64,000 bases of DNA, from the NCBI GenBank assembly GCA_964016885.1, contig OZ024749.1, forward strand, positions 31,930,001 through 31,994,000, written 5' to 3'. A program made the position numbers and the translations under genes. Positions within the stretch are counted from its first letter, which is position 1. Each line of letters starts with the position of its first letter. This DNA comes from Eledone cirrhosa (lineage: Eukaryota). Of the stretch, positions 13,616-29,284 are shown in pieces. The notes below the pieces were generated by a model that saw only the letters and a list, made by a program, of their open reading frames with translations, was not told the DNA's origin and ran no database searches.

Positions 13616-14198
13616 ATATATATGTGTGTATATATATGTGTGTGTATTAGAGTGTGTGTGTTTATGTGCATATGGAATACGTTATCATACTCAGATACAA
13701 CAACTAAACATACACTCAATTATTTGCAAATGTGTATGAAAATATATAAACGGTGTCCCCTTCTTTATACATGTGTCATTGTGTATGCATGTTTGTATGT
13801 GTGTGTGTATGAACGTGTATACCTGAGTGTGGGTGTATATGTGTGACTATATGTGTGTTGGTATTTGTTTCTGCATTTATGTGTGTTGGTAGGTTTTCCA
13901 AACACCTTCGAAAATGTAGCTAGCCGTGAGCCAAAATGGCGAACAAATTTCGTCTCTCGTTTCAAATCATTTTATTTAGCTACCATTAATGATCACTTGA
14001 CATTCTAAGTGACAGGTGTTTCTTGCGGATTAATTCCTCCTACATGGGTAGTTCTACCCTATAGCAGAATTGGAAATAACTGTCAGATATCTCTCAAATT
14101 GCATCGCTATCTGAAACAAATGGAAGGAGAGATTGGATAATAGTTACTAAGCAAATACTATAGTTTAAGAAGGTGAGAACGGGATTATATATATATAG

Positions 14199-14370
14199 TA
14201 CATGAAAGAAAAATATTAGTTTAACGCTTGAAATAACAGGAAGAGAGTCTTAACCTTTTGTACACTAGTCCTTCATACATTACATGAAAGAAAAATATTA
14301 GTTTAACGCTTGAAATAACAGGAAGAGAGTCTTAACATTTTGGAAACAAGTCCTTCATCAGAAGATAGAG
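14199..14370 (-). mobile_element. Family F pLTR-like fragment with internal tandem duplication and degenerate HHR
   Basis: Reverse complement cttCTGATGAaggacttgtttccAAAAtgttaag (GAAA mutated). Homologous to 20840-20880, 32400-32553 and 33717-33865. Confidence 0.6.
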
Positions 14371-14772
14371 TTAGAAATAGAAGATAAATAGAAAGAAGAG
14401 GGGAGAAGGAGAAGGAATAGGGAAACATGAGCGGGGAAAGAGTTAAAAAGACACTCGCGCGTATTCAGTTAGCCATCTTAGACATTTATATATAATTATG
14501 AAAGTCTGAAATATTAATTGATATTTATAAACTTTTCTCTAATATGTTTTTAATTTTTTTTTGGAAATTTCATTATTAAGCCAAAACAACTCTCTCACTG
14601 GTATATTAAAACAACCAAGGTTAATTAATTTTGATTAACATTTAATTCTGATGAGCTAATCTTTCAGATATGAACTTTCTTTCATTCATATTTAGAATCG
14701 TGGAACTATCGTAAGCCTATCAAAATATATACTGTTGTATTCTCCACTCATTCGAATATATATACATGTATA

Positions 14773-14841
<69 letters not shown>

Positions 14842-15398
14842 GGATAGCACTAGCATAAGTAGTTAGACCATTACTCAACAAAGCACTCGATACTTGGTGG
14901 AGTAGTGTATGACTATATTTTAAAGAGTCGGGACTCGATGACTGAGCTCTTGCCGTTTCAAGCTAGTTCTGGAAATATCTGTTGAAAGGGCAAGAGCTCA
15001 GCCGTCGAGCCTCAATTCTTTATAATATATATATATATATATGGGTGTCTGTGTGTGTCCTGCGTGTCTTTCGACGATGTGTATTCAGTGATTTGCTCAG
15101 TTGAATGTCCAACACGTTAATTACTGTGGTAGTAGTTGTATATTCAACAGAAACGTATGTCATTGACGTAATACTCAAGTAAAAACCCTGTTGCCAAGTA
15201 TGGTGGTCTCTTCTCTTTATAAGTACATTCCATTTAACCAAAGAACTGTCATACTATTACAGCGTTTAAAAAAATCTTAACTTCAAATAAACATTTTTTT
15301 TTTTTAAAGAGAACAGGAGCTCCTAAATAAACGGGTGCAGCGTAAGAATTACAATCTATTAGATTTAATATATATGTACAATATATATATATATACAT

Positions 15399-15455
<57 letters not shown>

Positions 15456-15546
15456 GGATATATGTGTGTGTGTGTAAATGAATTCGGTTCAACAACCTAT
15501 TTAACAACGTTTAGACTTATACATATACATATATATAAAGATACAT

Positions 15547-15578
<32 letters not shown>

Positions 15579-15581
15579 CAT

Positions 15582-16446
15582 ATAAATGAAAGGTATAGAA
15601 AACACTGCATCGAAATGCGAACAGCATCCCATAATATATGAGTGACTATAGCGTCAAAATGGGAAAAATAGTTAACGTAAGATGTGGGAAAAATAATTCA
15701 AACTCATCTCAAAGAGAATCAGGATATAAATTCATCCACAAAATTTAGTGAAATCCAGGGAAAAATCAATAGAGCCTTAACTCATGATAAAATAAAGTCT
15801 AAAATACTTATCCTTCAATTTGGAAAAACTTCAAATGCTCTGTATAGTCTTAAAGACTATTTCATGAAAACTTTCAGTGGAGATGGTTACGGTCGAAATT
15901 CATCATCAGCAGAGCTCAACTCGATAACCAGGACTCTCACAGATTAATATGCCAAGAAGGGAATTTTAAAACTGGCCAGTTCAACATCATGCGTGATTAT
16001 GAAAAACGGACATGAGGAAATACATGGCTAGTGACGTCAGAATGAGACGAATGTTTGTTTACAAGAAACAGCAGTCAAAAACATTCCGAAAAAAACTCTA
16101 CAATAAGGAGTTCAGCAAAAAGCAATATTATCGCAGTTTTTTATTAAAAAAAACCGGGATTAGTCACAAATAATTTAAGCACTCGAGGAAAAAATCCGAG
16201 TATAAAATATATAAATGAAAGGTATAGAAAACACTGCAGCGAAAAGCGAACAGCATCCCATAATATATAAGTGACTATAGCGTCAAAATGGGAAAAATAG
16301 TTAACGTAAGATGTGGGAAAAATAATTCAAACTCATCTCAAAGAGAATCAGGATATAAATTCATCCACAGAATTTAGTGAAATCCAGGGAAAAATCAATA
16401 GAGCCTTAACTCATGATAAAATAAAGTTTAAAATACTTATCCTTCA

Positions 16447-16450
<4 letters not shown>
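15582..16450 (-). mobile_element. Retrozyme-like element: 240-bp direct repeats 629 bp apart, with a type I HHR at 15837-15915
   Basis: 15582-15821 is nearly identical to 16211-16450. Reverse complement: GCTCTG-CTGATGA-tgaatttc...gaaagttttcat-GAAA-tagtctt t aagacta-TA-CAGAGC. TA tracts on both sides; fragments at 26602-26783, 38110-38165 and 48850-48975. Confidence 0.8.
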
Positions 16451-16503
<53 letters not shown>

Positions 16504-16630
16504 TTGGAGCTCTATATATATATCCAGGGAGTGTAACTTGGAGTTACTGTAGGTTCACCCGGGTGAGCACTCGATGTTTAGGTTCACTTCAGTTCCGAGG
16601 TGTAGAGCTAGACAGAGTGTATTATAGTTA

Positions 16631-16782
16631 AATAAGATAACAAGGACGATTGGTTACTCCCTATTTTCGTTTATTGGTTTATTGGTCAGATCGACACAAA
16701 TCGAACCTTCAGCTGGTCAGTGGCGAAACGCGCGTCACCAACCAATAAACGTAATGAAGTAGTAACCAATCGTCCTTGTTAT

Positions 16783-16787
<5 letters not shown>
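16631..16787 (+). mobile_element. Foldback island with degenerate HHR
   Basis: Inverted arms ataagataacaaggacgattggttact / agtaaccaatcgtccttgttatctta. Interior: tggt-CAGATCGA...GAAACGCGCGTC-acca. Confidence 0.55.
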
Positions 16788-16853
<66 letters not shown>

Positions 16854-16878
16854 TATATATATATATATATATATATAA

Positions 16879-16935
<57 letters not shown>

Positions 16936-16960
16936 TATATATATATATATATATATATAA

Positions 16961-17229
<269 letters not shown>

Positions 17230-18531
17230 TATATATATATATATGGCTGTACGTGTGTATACAACAAAGCATAAAATAACATTGTACCTTGATACATGTT
17301 CTGCATATATCTTCAATGTCACTATTCAATTATACCCATTAAAACACACATACATACACCATCACATACATAAACATATATATATCTGTGTGTGTGTGTG
17401 TGTGTATTTATATGTGTATAGATGTATGTACTCATATCTGCATCTGTGTGGGTCTATGTTTAAATCAACCGTAAATTTGCTCAATTTCTTTCCTGTCAAA
17501 CGTTAAATTGGATATCTGACAAAACATTATTTTAAGCGGAATCTTCCGAATTCCATTCCTTCCTACACACAATTCCACCCAATACCACCTCATTCCGGTG
17601 TCCACTTCCCACCAACTAATTCACCCATTTCCTCGTCACACACACACACACATACACACACACATATGTATATATGCCTCTGTTGCAACCACATACATAC
17701 ATATACACTTCTATTGCGCCTTCGAATTTTAAAAAAATCAGCAACACCCATTTTATTTCGAACGCTAAAATGGAATCCGAATATAACCAATTCTCCTTTT
17801 GTTCGTAACCGAAAATCCACACAAAAAATATCAAAATTATAATAAAATGAAATGAATTAAAATGAATTAGAGATGAAAATGAAATAAAATAACGATGAAA
17901 ATGAAAGAAAGTATAGATGAAATTTGAAATAAAATAATGATGAAAACGAAATAATATAAAGTTGTGAATGAAATTGAATATAGATGAAAATAAAAAAAAT
18001 AATATACATGAAAATAAGATATACGATGAAAATTAAATATAAATGTTGCCGAAATAACTTGTTTAAACACCAAATACACTACCACTAAATTTAGAATAAA
18101 AGAATTATCTTCACTGAAACCTCAAAACCACAGAGGACGAGGATGTTAAACAAATATGATCAATGACAATAAAAGCTACAAAAAAAATTGGAGGCATAAA
18201 AGCGTATTTAATAGTGAAATGAAGACAAATGTAAAGAACAAAGATATGAAGGATAAGTGAGAAAGAAATACTTATTTCGTGTAATATTCAATCTTCTGTT
18301 GAACTTGTTATATAAGTAAATGTTGCCCTGAAGCAAAAAGATGTTATCTGTCTTTTAAAGGTCCTCTGAGTCAGTTAATATATAATTGGTTTCAGGCAAA
18401 TATAGATAGAAAAGCAAAAAAAGTTGATGACGATGATGATGATGACAAAAAAAAACTCAGAAAGAGAGAAAAACAGTCTTATGTAACAAAGCAAACGCTA
18501 GTATTCACACATCCACACACGTGCACACCCA

Positions 18532-18615
<84 letters not shown>

Positions 18616-18785
18616 ATAAATACGCAAATATGTATATATATTTCTAATGTATCAAGTGTAAAACTAGTAATATTTATTTTTCTTCATCGTACTGTTTTTT
18701 GCTTTGTTATTTCTGTTTGCCTTTTGCATATATATATATATATATATGTATGTGTATGTGTATGTGTGTATGTGTATATATATAT

Positions 18786-18859
<74 letters not shown>

Positions 18860-19460
18860 TTATATGTATACACATATATAGATACATACATATACACTAG
18901 TAATAGGTGCTGATCGATCGGTTTACGTACTATAAGTGTCAAGAAATATGAATGATGTCTGAAATCTTGTATAAACATTTCGTCTAAAGTCGCCTTTGAA
19001 TTTCCGAGTGTATTGTCTACGGGTTAGGAAAATCAACGTTCTTATATCGTGGAGAGATATGAGGTTATTCTAGATGTATTTAGGTTCAAGTTAAGGTATT
19101 TGACGGACTTATTTACGTGTATGTATGCCATTTCCTTGCTACAGTGTGGATTTAGACTCCTGTTGACAGGGTTCTTACCTATCGGTCCCTAAGTAGATTA
19201 GGCTAATACTGTGGTTAATCTTTTTCGGGAATGATTTATAGAGATTTTAGATGTATTTACGTTCAGGTTTGGGCAACTGACGGCCGTATTTACACACACA
19301 CGCATACACACACACACACACGCATATATATATATATTATATATATGAATATGTATGAATTTAATATATTTTTATCTCTCTCTCTATATATATATATATA
19401 TCTATATCTATATATACATCTATATATACATCTATATATACATCTATATAAATATACATA

Positions 19461-19547
<87 letters not shown>

Positions 19548-19746
19548 GTAAATACACAAGAATGATGAATAAGAATATAGCAAACATTTCGTTTTAAATA
19601 CATTTTAGTATATAGGAATAATTGCGTACACAGAACTCTTAATAAATTGCTTAATTTAACTTAACATGTAATTCCTCATCATTGGTACATCTTTGCACCT
19701 TGTAGTTTGCAAAGAGGACTTCTTTACCATACGGACATGCTCTCGC

Positions 19747-19796
<50 letters not shown>

Positions 19797-19899
19797 CCTT
19801 TAATATATATATATATATATATATATATTTATTAGTATGTATACGTACATACATATATGTGTACAGACGTACAGTAGTATGTATATATATACATACATG

Positions 19900-19970
<71 letters not shown>

Positions 19971-20090
19971 GTATGGGTTTATCGTATTTTTATTATAATG
20001 TTCGGTTTGTTTGTAAACAAACAGCCCGAATTACGCCGTACAGTGTTCGGCAACCATCGTCGCCTGTTTGTTCAACACTGACACAGGAAC

Positions 20091-20129
20091 GTTGTACTAG
20101 TTTCAAGCTTTTTTGATATCGTCAGCATC
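20091..20129 (-). ncRNA. Minimal type I HHR (family G)
   Basis: Reverse complement gatg-CTGACGA-tatcaaaaaagctt-GAAAC-ta-GTA-caac. The paralog at 27694-27732 has an intact stem II. Confidence 0.65.
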
Positions 20130-20414
20130 GTATACCTTCCTGTCAGATGATTGATATATGTACACATATATGTATGTAGGTATACATACTTATATTTAGG
20201 TATCAGCCGTACTAAGAGTGACAAATGAAATTTCGTTCATTCTTTTCCATTTATATATTTATTTATATATATATAGAGAGAGATATAGATATTTATATAG
20301 AATAGTATTAGGATTTAGCTTCATGCATAGCTGTATAGATATGTATTGGAATTTCGTATTTCTAAAGAAATACGGTATGTTTGTAGATAAACATTTAGAA
20401 AGCCGAAATTATGC

Positions 20415-20456
20415 ATTTCGATGCATTTCGAACTTAACTGGTTCTCATCAGGACAT
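20415..20456 (-). ncRNA. Minimal type I HHR (family H)
   Basis: Reverse complement atgtc-CTGATGA-gaac cagttaa gttc-GAAA-tgca-TC-gaaat. Confidence 0.75.
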
Positions 20457-20844
20457 CCCCTCCCAAACTTGCGACTGCTGGACTGGAAAACAGGCGACAA
20501 TATACACACACACACACACACACACACAGGCAGAGTTTATATATTAAGGAAAACTATGAAGTTTCGTTTACATGTATTTAGGTATTTATTTTGTATCAAT
20601 CTGTTACGCGCGTTTCGCAGAAGATTGATTCAAGGTTGCCAATAGAATTTCTGATGAGCAGAGTGTGTAGCATGTAAGGATTTTTATTTAACCATCCAAT
20701 TGTATTTTTTGTGACGATTTTTTTGGCTACTTTAATCTTGTATTTTATTGTTGGGTATGGTTGTTTATAGAAACAATATATATACACAGCAAAACGATAA
20801 ACTACATTGAATATATATATATATTAGCTTATAGTAGGAAAAAA

Positions 20845-20880
20845 GTCTTAAACTTTCGGACGTTAGTCCTTCATCAGTAG
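20845..20880 (-). ncRNA. Minimal type I HHR (family F)
   Basis: Reverse complement cta-CTGATGA-aggac taac gtcc-GAAA-gttt-aag. Confidence 0.65.
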
Positions 20881-21020
20881 ATATACAGACAAATACGTTT
20901 GTATTGCAAAATGGTAAACATGTTGCCTATATTTGAAGCTGGAACTTGACAGCAACCATCACTACTCTCACCATTGCCACTGCTTCCACCACAACTTCCA
21001 CCACCATTATTATTACTATT

Positions 21021-21315
21021 GGCGGTGGATTGGCAGTATCGGTAGAGGGTCGGACGCCATGCTTTCCAGCATAGTTACGTCCCTTTACGATCTGAGTTCA
21101 AATCCCGCCGAGGTTGACTTTGCCTTTCATCCTTACGGGGTCGATAAAATAAAGTACCAGTAATGCACTGGGTAATTGCTGGCCTTGTGCCTAAAGTAGA
21201 AACAATTATTATTACTATCAACTACGGCGGTGGATTGGCAGTATCGGTAGAGGGTCGGACGCCATGCCTTACGATCTGAGTTCAAATCCCGCCGAGGTTG
21301 ACTTTGCCTTTCATC
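21021..21315 (+). mobile_element. Two SINE A copies (one full, one truncated)
   Basis: ggcggtggattggcagtatcggtagagggtcggacgccatg...gagttcaaatcccgccgagg. Confidence 0.85.
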
Positions 21316-21654
21316 CACTATAACCAATATTGCCAACACCACTGCCACATCTACTACAACTACAACCATTAATAACACCTCAAACATTACCATCACTAGC
21401 GCCATTACCAATACAAACACCATTGTTACCACAATTATTTTTATTAACATCGTTAATATTATTGATATTATTATTATTGTTATAATTATAATGAATATTA
21501 TCATTATTATTATTTTGGTTGTTGTTGTTTTCGTTTTTAATGGTGTTGCGGTTATTTTCCACATTTAACGACCTGCGTGGCTTTACTATTATGTTATATT
21601 GTCAGGAAATCTCTCCTACTGTGTGAACAGAGCAAGGTTATAATGAGTGAAATA

Positions 21655-21735
<81 letters not shown>

Positions 21736-21794
21736 ATGTATGGATGTATATATATATGTGAGTGTATATATATATGTATAAATAAATATATATA

Positions 21795-21868
<74 letters not shown>

Positions 21869-22218
21869 CACCACCTCCACTAAATAAAAGTTGAAAGTTA
21901 AATTCTAACAATTATATTAGCAGGTGAAGTGAACATCTGCGATCATTTCTTCTAAAGCATTGGTGTAACTAATTTGACGGACGGTTTGATCGTTAATTAG
22001 TTGAAATTCAGGGAACGAACTCCTGTAATGTTATAAATGTTCGGAACAATTGAGTGACAGCATGAAAAAAATTTCTAACATTTGTTTACAAGGAAAACGA
22101 AAATAAGTCTTTATTTGTTTATTGTTTAGATTTTCCAATACACCATTTTAGAAAAGCTTATTAATCCTCACCAATGGAAAAGCAAAGAAAAAAAAATATA
22201 TATATATATATATTAGGA

Positions 22219-22432
22219 ACGATCGACTTTCGTCAAATCGGACCGAGGAAACAATGTTTCGGTTGGTCTTTCCAGTTGCTAATACTATCTATCGGTCGCA
22301 ACTCCAGGTAGAAGGAGCAACGTGAAATAAAGTGCCTTGCTCAAGGACATAACGCATTGCCCGGTCCAGGAATCGAACTCACAACCTCAAGATTGTGAAT
22401 CCAATTCTCTAACAACGCAGCCACACGCCTTC
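22219..22432 (-). mobile_element. tRNA-derived SINE family B
   Basis: Reverse complement ggcgtgtggctgcgttgttagag...gtgagttcgattcctgg (A/B boxes), then tgtccttgagcaaggcacttt core. Paralog at 26104-26317. Confidence 0.8.
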
Positions 22433-22447
22433 ATATATATATATATA

Positions 22448-22760
22448 AATGAAGTAATTCCGTCGGAAAGGTCCAGGAAAAAAGAGTGCTCTATGTAGGT
22501 TACAGAGCTTAATAGTTATGTAATGAACAACATAAGGCAATTATTTCATTTACCAGTGGTTTCTTAAAAGCAAACAAATTTTGCTTTCAATCATCAGAAT
22601 GAAAAAATCCTGGTGTATTTATTGACATTGGATTTTAAAACCAATGTCAATAAACACACCAGGATTTTTTCATTCTGATGATTGAAAGTAAAATTTGTTT
22701 GCTTTTAAGAAACCACTGGTAAATGAAATAATTGCCTTATGTTGTTTATTACATAACTAT
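22448..22760. mobile_element. Foldback element family A: palindrome 22512-22760 with HHR on each arm
   Basis: Plus-strand HHR 22668-22728: tttcatt-CTGATGA-ttgaaagtaaa atttg tttgcttttaa-GAAAC-cactg-GTA-aatgaaa. Antisense copy at 22544-22604; one-arm paralog at 37416-37570. Confidence 0.85.
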
Positions 22761-22766
22761 ATATAT

Positions 22767-23153
22767 ATACAATATATTAACAAATGGAAACTATATTTAT
22801 AAAACCATATTTATTTCATTATACATATTTCAAGGTCCACAAAGGCAAACTATGGTGCGCTTTCATCAGCTAAAATAAAATATAGGTTAGTTTTATAAAT
22901 AAATATTGACATACTCTAAAAAAATTCAATATTTATTTATAAAACTAACCTATATTATATTTTATCTGATGAAAGCGCACCATAATTTAACTTGGTGGCC
23001 CTTGAAATATGTATAATGAAATAAATATGGTTTTATAAATATAGTTTCCATTTGTTAATATATTGTATATTTACTCCAATAATTTGTTGAGTGTTTTATA
23101 TCAGATATAAAAATATTTTGCTTGTTGTATCCCAACAAATTAAATATAACCTC

Positions 23154-23155
<2 letters not shown>
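22767..23155. mobile_element. Foldback element family B: palindrome 22767-23068 with HHR on each arm
   Basis: Plus-strand HHR 22960-23021: ttttat-CTGATGA-aagcgcacca...tggtggccctt-GAAA-tatgta-TA-atgaaa. One-sided extension to 23155. Confidence 0.85.
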
Positions 23156-23200
<45 letters not shown>

Positions 23201-23276
23201 GCATAAAATATGTTAAACACACACATACGCATATCTATACACTCATACACTAAGCTAAGTAAATGTAATAAAAATA

Positions 23277-24040
23277 ATGGTTTCTTATATAGGCACAAGG
23301 CCAGTAATTTGGGGGGAGGGGAAAGTCGATTAAATCGACCCCAGTGCGTTACTGGTACTTTATTTTATCCATATATATATATGTATATATATCTATGCTG
23401 TAAAGCATGGTGTCCGACGCTCTACCGATACTGCTAATTGACCGTCCTTTAACATTAATAACACTTGTTTGTGATTTAGGCACAAGGCTAACAATTTGAG
23501 GGAAAGGAAAGTTGATGAAATCGACCCCAATGCATTACTGGTGCTTTATTTCATCGACTTTTCACTTCCCTAAAATTGTTGCCCTTGTGCCTAGATCAGA
23601 AACCATTATTATTTGGATTAGCAGTATCGGTAGAGGGTCGGACGCCATGCTTTGACTCATAGAGTTACGGCCCTTTCCATTCTGAGTTCAAATCCCGCCG
23701 AGGTTAACTTTGCCTTTCATTCTTACGGGGTCGATAAAATAAAGTACCAGTCACGCACTGGGTAGATTTTATCGACTTTCCCCTCTCCCCAAAATTACTG
23801 GCCTTGTGCCTATATAAGAAACCATTATTACATTTGTCAAAGGGCGGTGGATTGGCAGTATCAGTAGACCGTTGGGCGCCATGCTTTGTAGCATAGAGTT
23901 ACGCGCCTTTATGGTCTGCGTTCAAATCCCGCAAAGGTTAAATTTGCCTTCATCCTTAAGGGGGCAATAAAATAAAGTTGAATAAAGTACCAGTAATGCA
24001 CTGGGGTAATTGCTGGCCTTGTGCCAAAAGCAGAAATAAT
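23277..24040. mobile_element. Cluster of SINE A copies in both orientations
   Basis: Same A/B-box and core motifs as at 21021. Confidence 0.85.
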
Positions 24041-24395
24041 TATTATTACATTTGCCTAATTCTATGTTTGAAGAAAGAGATTGTATGGAAACAACTGTAA
24101 GAGTTAATCTATGTAAGAACTTCTTTCTGTCATCTTAATTTGTTTTATGCACTTTGTATTAAAATTACAATATTTCCTGTACCCTTTAAAGGTCTACTCA
24201 CAAAATTTCTATCTCTATAAACATTCAGCTTAAATCTTCTCAAGTAGCTCTATTTATTTCTCTTATATTATGATTAAAAATGTGTATGAAAGAATATGTA
24301 TACCCGTGTGTGTATATATATACTTATATATATGTATATATGTATATATATATATGTATATATATATATATGGTTATATATATGTATATATATAT

Positions 24396-24449
<54 letters not shown>

Positions 24450-24450
24450 C

Positions 24451-24497
<47 letters not shown>

Positions 24498-24510
24498 CAT
24501 ATATATATAC

Positions 24511-24553
<43 letters not shown>

Positions 24554-24570
24554 ATGTGTATATATATATG

Positions 24571-24603
<33 letters not shown>

Positions 24604-24946
24604 GTATATATATGAACAATTAAGTCCGTCAGTCATACAAAAGTGAGTTACAAACGAAACGAAATTTAATTTCGTTTCGTTATTTGTTTTTATATATATA
24701 TGTATATATATGTATATATGTATATATGTATATATGTATATATATATGTATATATGTATATATGTATATATGTATATATATATGTATATATGCATATATA
24801 TATATGTATATATATATGTATATATGCATATATATATATGTATATATATATGTATATATGCATATATATATATGTATATATATATGTATATATGCATATA
24901 TATATATATATGTATATATATATAGATATATGTATATATATATATG

Positions 24947-25300
24947 TATAAAGAAAAAGAGATGAAATTGAAAATGCAACTGGAGTCTTATTTTTTTTTA
25001 AATATATATATTTATTTGGTTCCTTTACCGGTTTCGCAGTTCTTCTGCTTTTCAAAAGGTGAGTTGAGATGGAGGGTCTGTGGTTTTTCTCACATCTGAG
25101 AAAAACCACAGACCCTACATCTCAACTCACCTTTTGAAAAGCAGAAGAACTGCGAAACCGGTAAAGGAACCAAATAAATATGTATATTTAAAAAAAAATA
25201 AGACTCCAGTTGCATTTTCGATTTCATCTCTTTTTCTTTATACTTTCACTCGTGTAGGACACCTCGGTTATTTTTCATTTTGTAAAAAAACCCTCACTTT
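24947..25300. mobile_element. Foldback element: palindrome 24947-25242 with U3-A8 variant HHR
   Basis: Plus-strand 25130-25167: CCTT-TTGAAAA-gcag aagaa ctgc-GAAAC-cg-GTA-AAGG. The palindrome has a 4-nt loop at 25093-25096. Confidence 0.8.
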
Positions 25301-25397
25301 CTAATATATATGTATATATATGGATATATGTATATATGTATATATATGCATATATGTATATATATATATGTGTGTGTATGTACATATATACGTATAA

Positions 25398-25454
<57 letters not shown>

Positions 25455-25557
25455 CATATATACATACATACGCGTATGTATGTCTGTATATGTTTGTGTG
25501 TCTGTATATGTGTATACAATGAAAGTACATTGCAGACAGCTTCGTTTTAAAAATATG

Positions 25558-26607
<1,050 letters not shown>

Positions 26608-26781
26608 GAAAGGTATAGAAATTGTTTTAGCGAGAAGCTAACAGTATTCTATAATATATATATGCGACTATGTCGTCAAGATGGGAAAAATAGTTAACGT
26701 AAGATGTAGGAAAAATAATTCAAACTCATCTCAAAGAGAATCAGGATACAAATTCATCCACAGAATTTAGTGAAATCCAGG

Positions 26782-26831
<50 letters not shown>

Positions 26832-26890
26832 CGGTATTTCTTCGTTTATATTGCACACAGGAAAGCTACTGAAGCTCGCACATATATACT

Positions 26891-26939
<49 letters not shown>

Positions 26940-26940
26940 T

Positions 26941-26980
26941 CCGAGCTGAGGATCCGCTAAGGGGAAACAATTGTTCTCGG
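26941..26980 (+). ncRNA. Canonical-core minimal type I HHR in a ~70-bp island between TA tracts
   Basis: CCGAG-CTGAGGA-tcc gctaa ggg-GAAAC-aatt-GTT-CTCGG. Confidence 0.8.
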
Positions 26981-27018
26981 TATGGTGAACTAACTGTTGT
27001 GTAATCACTTATATATAC

Positions 27019-27136
<118 letters not shown>

Positions 27137-27255
27137 AGACACAGAAATTGATACAGAGATAGATAGATAGAGCGAAAAATCGAAGCTTTAGCAAATTAAG
27201 TAATTCTATATAACTCTACTTAGGGAAAATAATGATGAAGACTTGAAGATAATCC

Positions 27256-27369
<114 letters not shown>

Positions 27370-27693
27370 TATACATATATAGATATGTAGATATATATAC
27401 ATATATTAATATATATATATATATAAACGGAAAAAATGAAACGAAATTTCATTTCTCACTCTTAGTACGGCTGTTACTTAAATATAAGTATGTATACGTA
27501 CATACATATATGTATACAGACGTACAGTTGTATGTATATATATATACATACATGCACACATATATATATGTACGTATGGATTCCCCGAACATTTATTATA
27601 ATGCTCGGTGTGTTTGTAAACAAACATCCAGAATTAAGCCGTACAGTGTCTAGCAACCATCGTTGCTCATTTGTTCAACACTGACAAAGGAAC

Positions 27694-27732
27694 GCTGTAC
27701 TAGTTTCAAGCTTATTAGCTATCGTCAGCAAC
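27694..27732 (-). ncRNA. Minimal type I HHR (family G)
   Basis: Reverse complement gttg-CTGACGA-t agct aata agct t-GAAAC-ta-GTA-cagc. Confidence 0.75.
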
Positions 27733-27741
27733 CTATACCTA

Positions 27742-27809
<68 letters not shown>

Positions 27810-28306
27810 TGTTTACAATACACAACAATTAAACATTAGTTCGTACATTATATTTTTTTAACATATCTAGGTTTTCAGAAATAGTACTGATTATTTAATT
27901 AGTATTTGCACTAACCGGTTTTGCTCTCGTTAGATTTTCAATGTTTCACTTGTATTCATGCTGGATATATATTTCCCCACGTGTCATTATATGCCGTGTT
28001 AATTTATATCCTCTTTTTTCTAAAACAAGTGATGCAACTCTTTGTATCTTCGTCGCTTATATTAAAACAATACAACCCATGAGAAGGAACGTAACTCTGG
28101 TTTCACTAGAAATTAGAGTTGAGCTTCGCTTTTCATTTGCTTGTAAACTTTTATTCTTTGTTTCTGTTGTTTTTGTTTCTTAGCGTTCCTGGTTGTTGTT
28201 TTGTCTTGCGTTTGAAAAAAGGAATTGTTGATTAAATTCTAGCGATATTTTCTCCTGATAATTATTTTTTTCACATTTTCTAACATGTTGATATCTCTGT
28301 CTCTAT

Positions 28307-28346
<40 letters not shown>

Positions 28347-28523
28347 ACACGCACACACACATATATATATATATATATATACATATATGCAGAAATCAAC
28401 ACAAAAACTTGTCCAGGAATCGAAACCACGACTTTATGATTTTAAGTCCAACATACTTACGACTAGGTCAATTTCCTACAATGTACTTAATGTATGTATA
28501 TATTATATACATATACACACATT

Positions 28524-28613
<90 letters not shown>

Positions 28614-29284
28614 TATAATTCCTTTTAAATAACCTTGTTTTGGTCGTCCGGCGCGAATTGACACATTGAAAATGTTGGCATATAAGAAAGTAACAAATAA
28701 AAATAAATACGAAAGCAACTATAATAAGAATGTAATATTGAATATATTATTATTTCCAATTCGATGCATATCGATGATATTGATGATAAACCATCACCAT
28801 GTCTATCAGTTCCAATAAAATATCCATATATAATTTATATATCACCAGTGTCAGCTATTCATTTTAATTTTTATGTTTTATTTTATTTTTATTACGATAA
28901 GTATGTGATACGGTGAGATCACATACGGTAAATATGAGTTACGGTGATATCGTATGTGATATTAAACTATTTACACATGTTTACTGATCCGAGAATGATA
29001 TAAATATCGGTATGTGTAAAAAAGAACTCTCTGTATATTTAAGTAATTATGTGTGTGTGTGTGTGTGTCGGATGTCGATCGGTTCCGTTGACTAGTTTTC
29101 CAGTTGTATGACCAACAGAACAAAGACATCATGAAAGTAACATACAAGTGGTTGAGTATTTCACTGACATGCGCAATGATAGCAGAATTCAGGGAGATTC
29201 AACGCGAAGTAGTCTCTAACAATGCTGATCATTTTAATAAACAGGTAGAACTTATTTTTTAGACTTGATCGATGAGAAATATAA

